Shown: positions 34,936 to 35,710 of the stretch, in pieces | Position numbering within the stretch: position 1 is the first letter of the stretch | How the letters are laid out: each line of letters starts with the position of its first letter | Sequence record: SRR20825019_2447 | Reading direction: 5' to 3' (one strand) | Length of the DNA: 35,710 bases | Translations under genes and position numbers: made by a program | Notes under the pieces: generated by a model | The model's database searches: none | The model's input: the letters and a program-made list of their open reading frames with translations, nothing else | Told to the model about the DNA's origin: nothing

Positions 34936-35710
34936 ATGACCGAAGCAAACACAGCCGCATGGAATAAACTTCTTCCCCCCACGGACAACCAGCGCAAGTC
35001 CTTTGATCAGGACGCGCTCGAATCACTCGCTGCCTCGATCTATTCCGTTGGCGTGGTGCAAAACCTCACAGTGAAGAAAGAGCGCGGCAAGTTCCGTATT
35101 TATGCCGGACACCGCCGATACCTCGCAGTTGGCCTTCTGATCGAGCAAGGCAAAGTGACGGACGAATTCGAGATGCCAATTCGCATCCGCTCCGAGAAAG
35201 GCGTGGACCTTGAAGAAATCGCGCTGGCCGAAAACCTTGAGCGCGAAGACCTCTCCCCGATGGACAAGTGCGAAGCGTTCGCCCGACTGAGCGACGGCGG
35301 TATGGACTTGGCCCAGATCGCGGAGAAGTTCGGCACCAGTGAAATGACCGTCCGCCGCAGACTCGCGCTCGGAAGCCTTTCCGAAAAGGCGAGGGACATG
35401 GTGAGGGCAGGGGAGATGTGTTTGCGCGAAGCCAAGCATTTGGCCTCCGTGAGCGTCGAGGAGCAGGCTGCCTATTTCAAATATCTCGACGACAATAATC
35501 GGGAAAATGGCGAGTACGCGGCCCGCAAATATTTCTTCGAGAAGCCTACCGCCGATATGGCGATCTTCGATCTCGGAGATTACACGGGCGGCTACCTTCA
35601 AGATCTATTCAGCGACAATGCAGACCGGCATTTCGATGACGTCGACCAATTTACAGCGCTTCAGAATGCAGCCTATGACGAGAAGAAAGCGGCATTCGAA
35701 GCAGACGGGC
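34936..35710 (+). CDS. ParB/Spo0J N-terminal domain protein, truncated by the window end (absent from the ORF track)
   Basis: GGGAG RBS, ATG 34936; NQRKSFDQDALESLAASIYSVGVVQNLTV...IYAGHRRYLA...LAENLEREDLSPMD...IAEKFGTSEMTVRRRLAL; frame open to 35710. Confidence 0.9.
   Translation, partial: MTEANTAAWNKLLPPTDNQRKSFDQDALESLAASIYSVGVVQNLTVKKERGKFRIYAGHRRYLAVGLLIEQGKVTDEFEMPIRIRSEKGVDLEEIALAENLEREDLSPMDKCEAFARLSDGGMDLAQIAEKFGTSEMTVRRRLALGSLSEKARDMVRAGEMCLREAKHLASVSVEEQAAYFKYLDDNNRENGEYAARKYFFEKPTADMAIFDLGDYTGGYLQDLFSDNADRHFDDVDQFTALQNAAYDEKKAAFEADG

Noticed and set aside
35023-35601. 192-aa minus-strand ORF
   Set aside because: Antisense shadow of the ParB-like gene that runs off the window on the + strand.

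Overview
Segment of a conjugative plasmid, most likely from an alphaproteobacterium (inferred from the protein families). 1-10010 is heavy-metal cargo: two decayed gene remnants (phnE-like, L,D-transpeptidase-like), a Zn/Cd/Pb-type P1B ATPase, a three-Cys MerR-family regulator, two TRAP transporter membrane pairs (dctQ/dctM) with no dctP, and a cytochrome c-like ORF lacking its heme motif. Three matching MerR-type promoters (TTGAAS, CTnTAG-N3-CTnnAG dyad, 19-bp spacer) precede the ATPase and both TRAP units, which suggests a metal-inducible TRAP regulon. This is the most unusual feature of the window. 10617-28828 is one minus-strand transfer cluster: traK-traL-traM-like, virB2-B10, a Cys-repeat protein, virB11, virD4, primase, traJ-like and a MOBP relaxase, with an antisense secreted-protein gene between virB5 and virB6. 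29094-35710 holds maintenance functions: a tandem RHH protein, a candidate counter-transcript RNA ahead of an HTH gene, repA flanked by iterons with an AT-rich tract and DnaA box, a parA/RHH pair with a GATATC-rich centromere candidate, an orphan gene, a GC-rich hairpin element and a truncated ParB-like gene. All calls come from reading motifs by eye; no searches were run.
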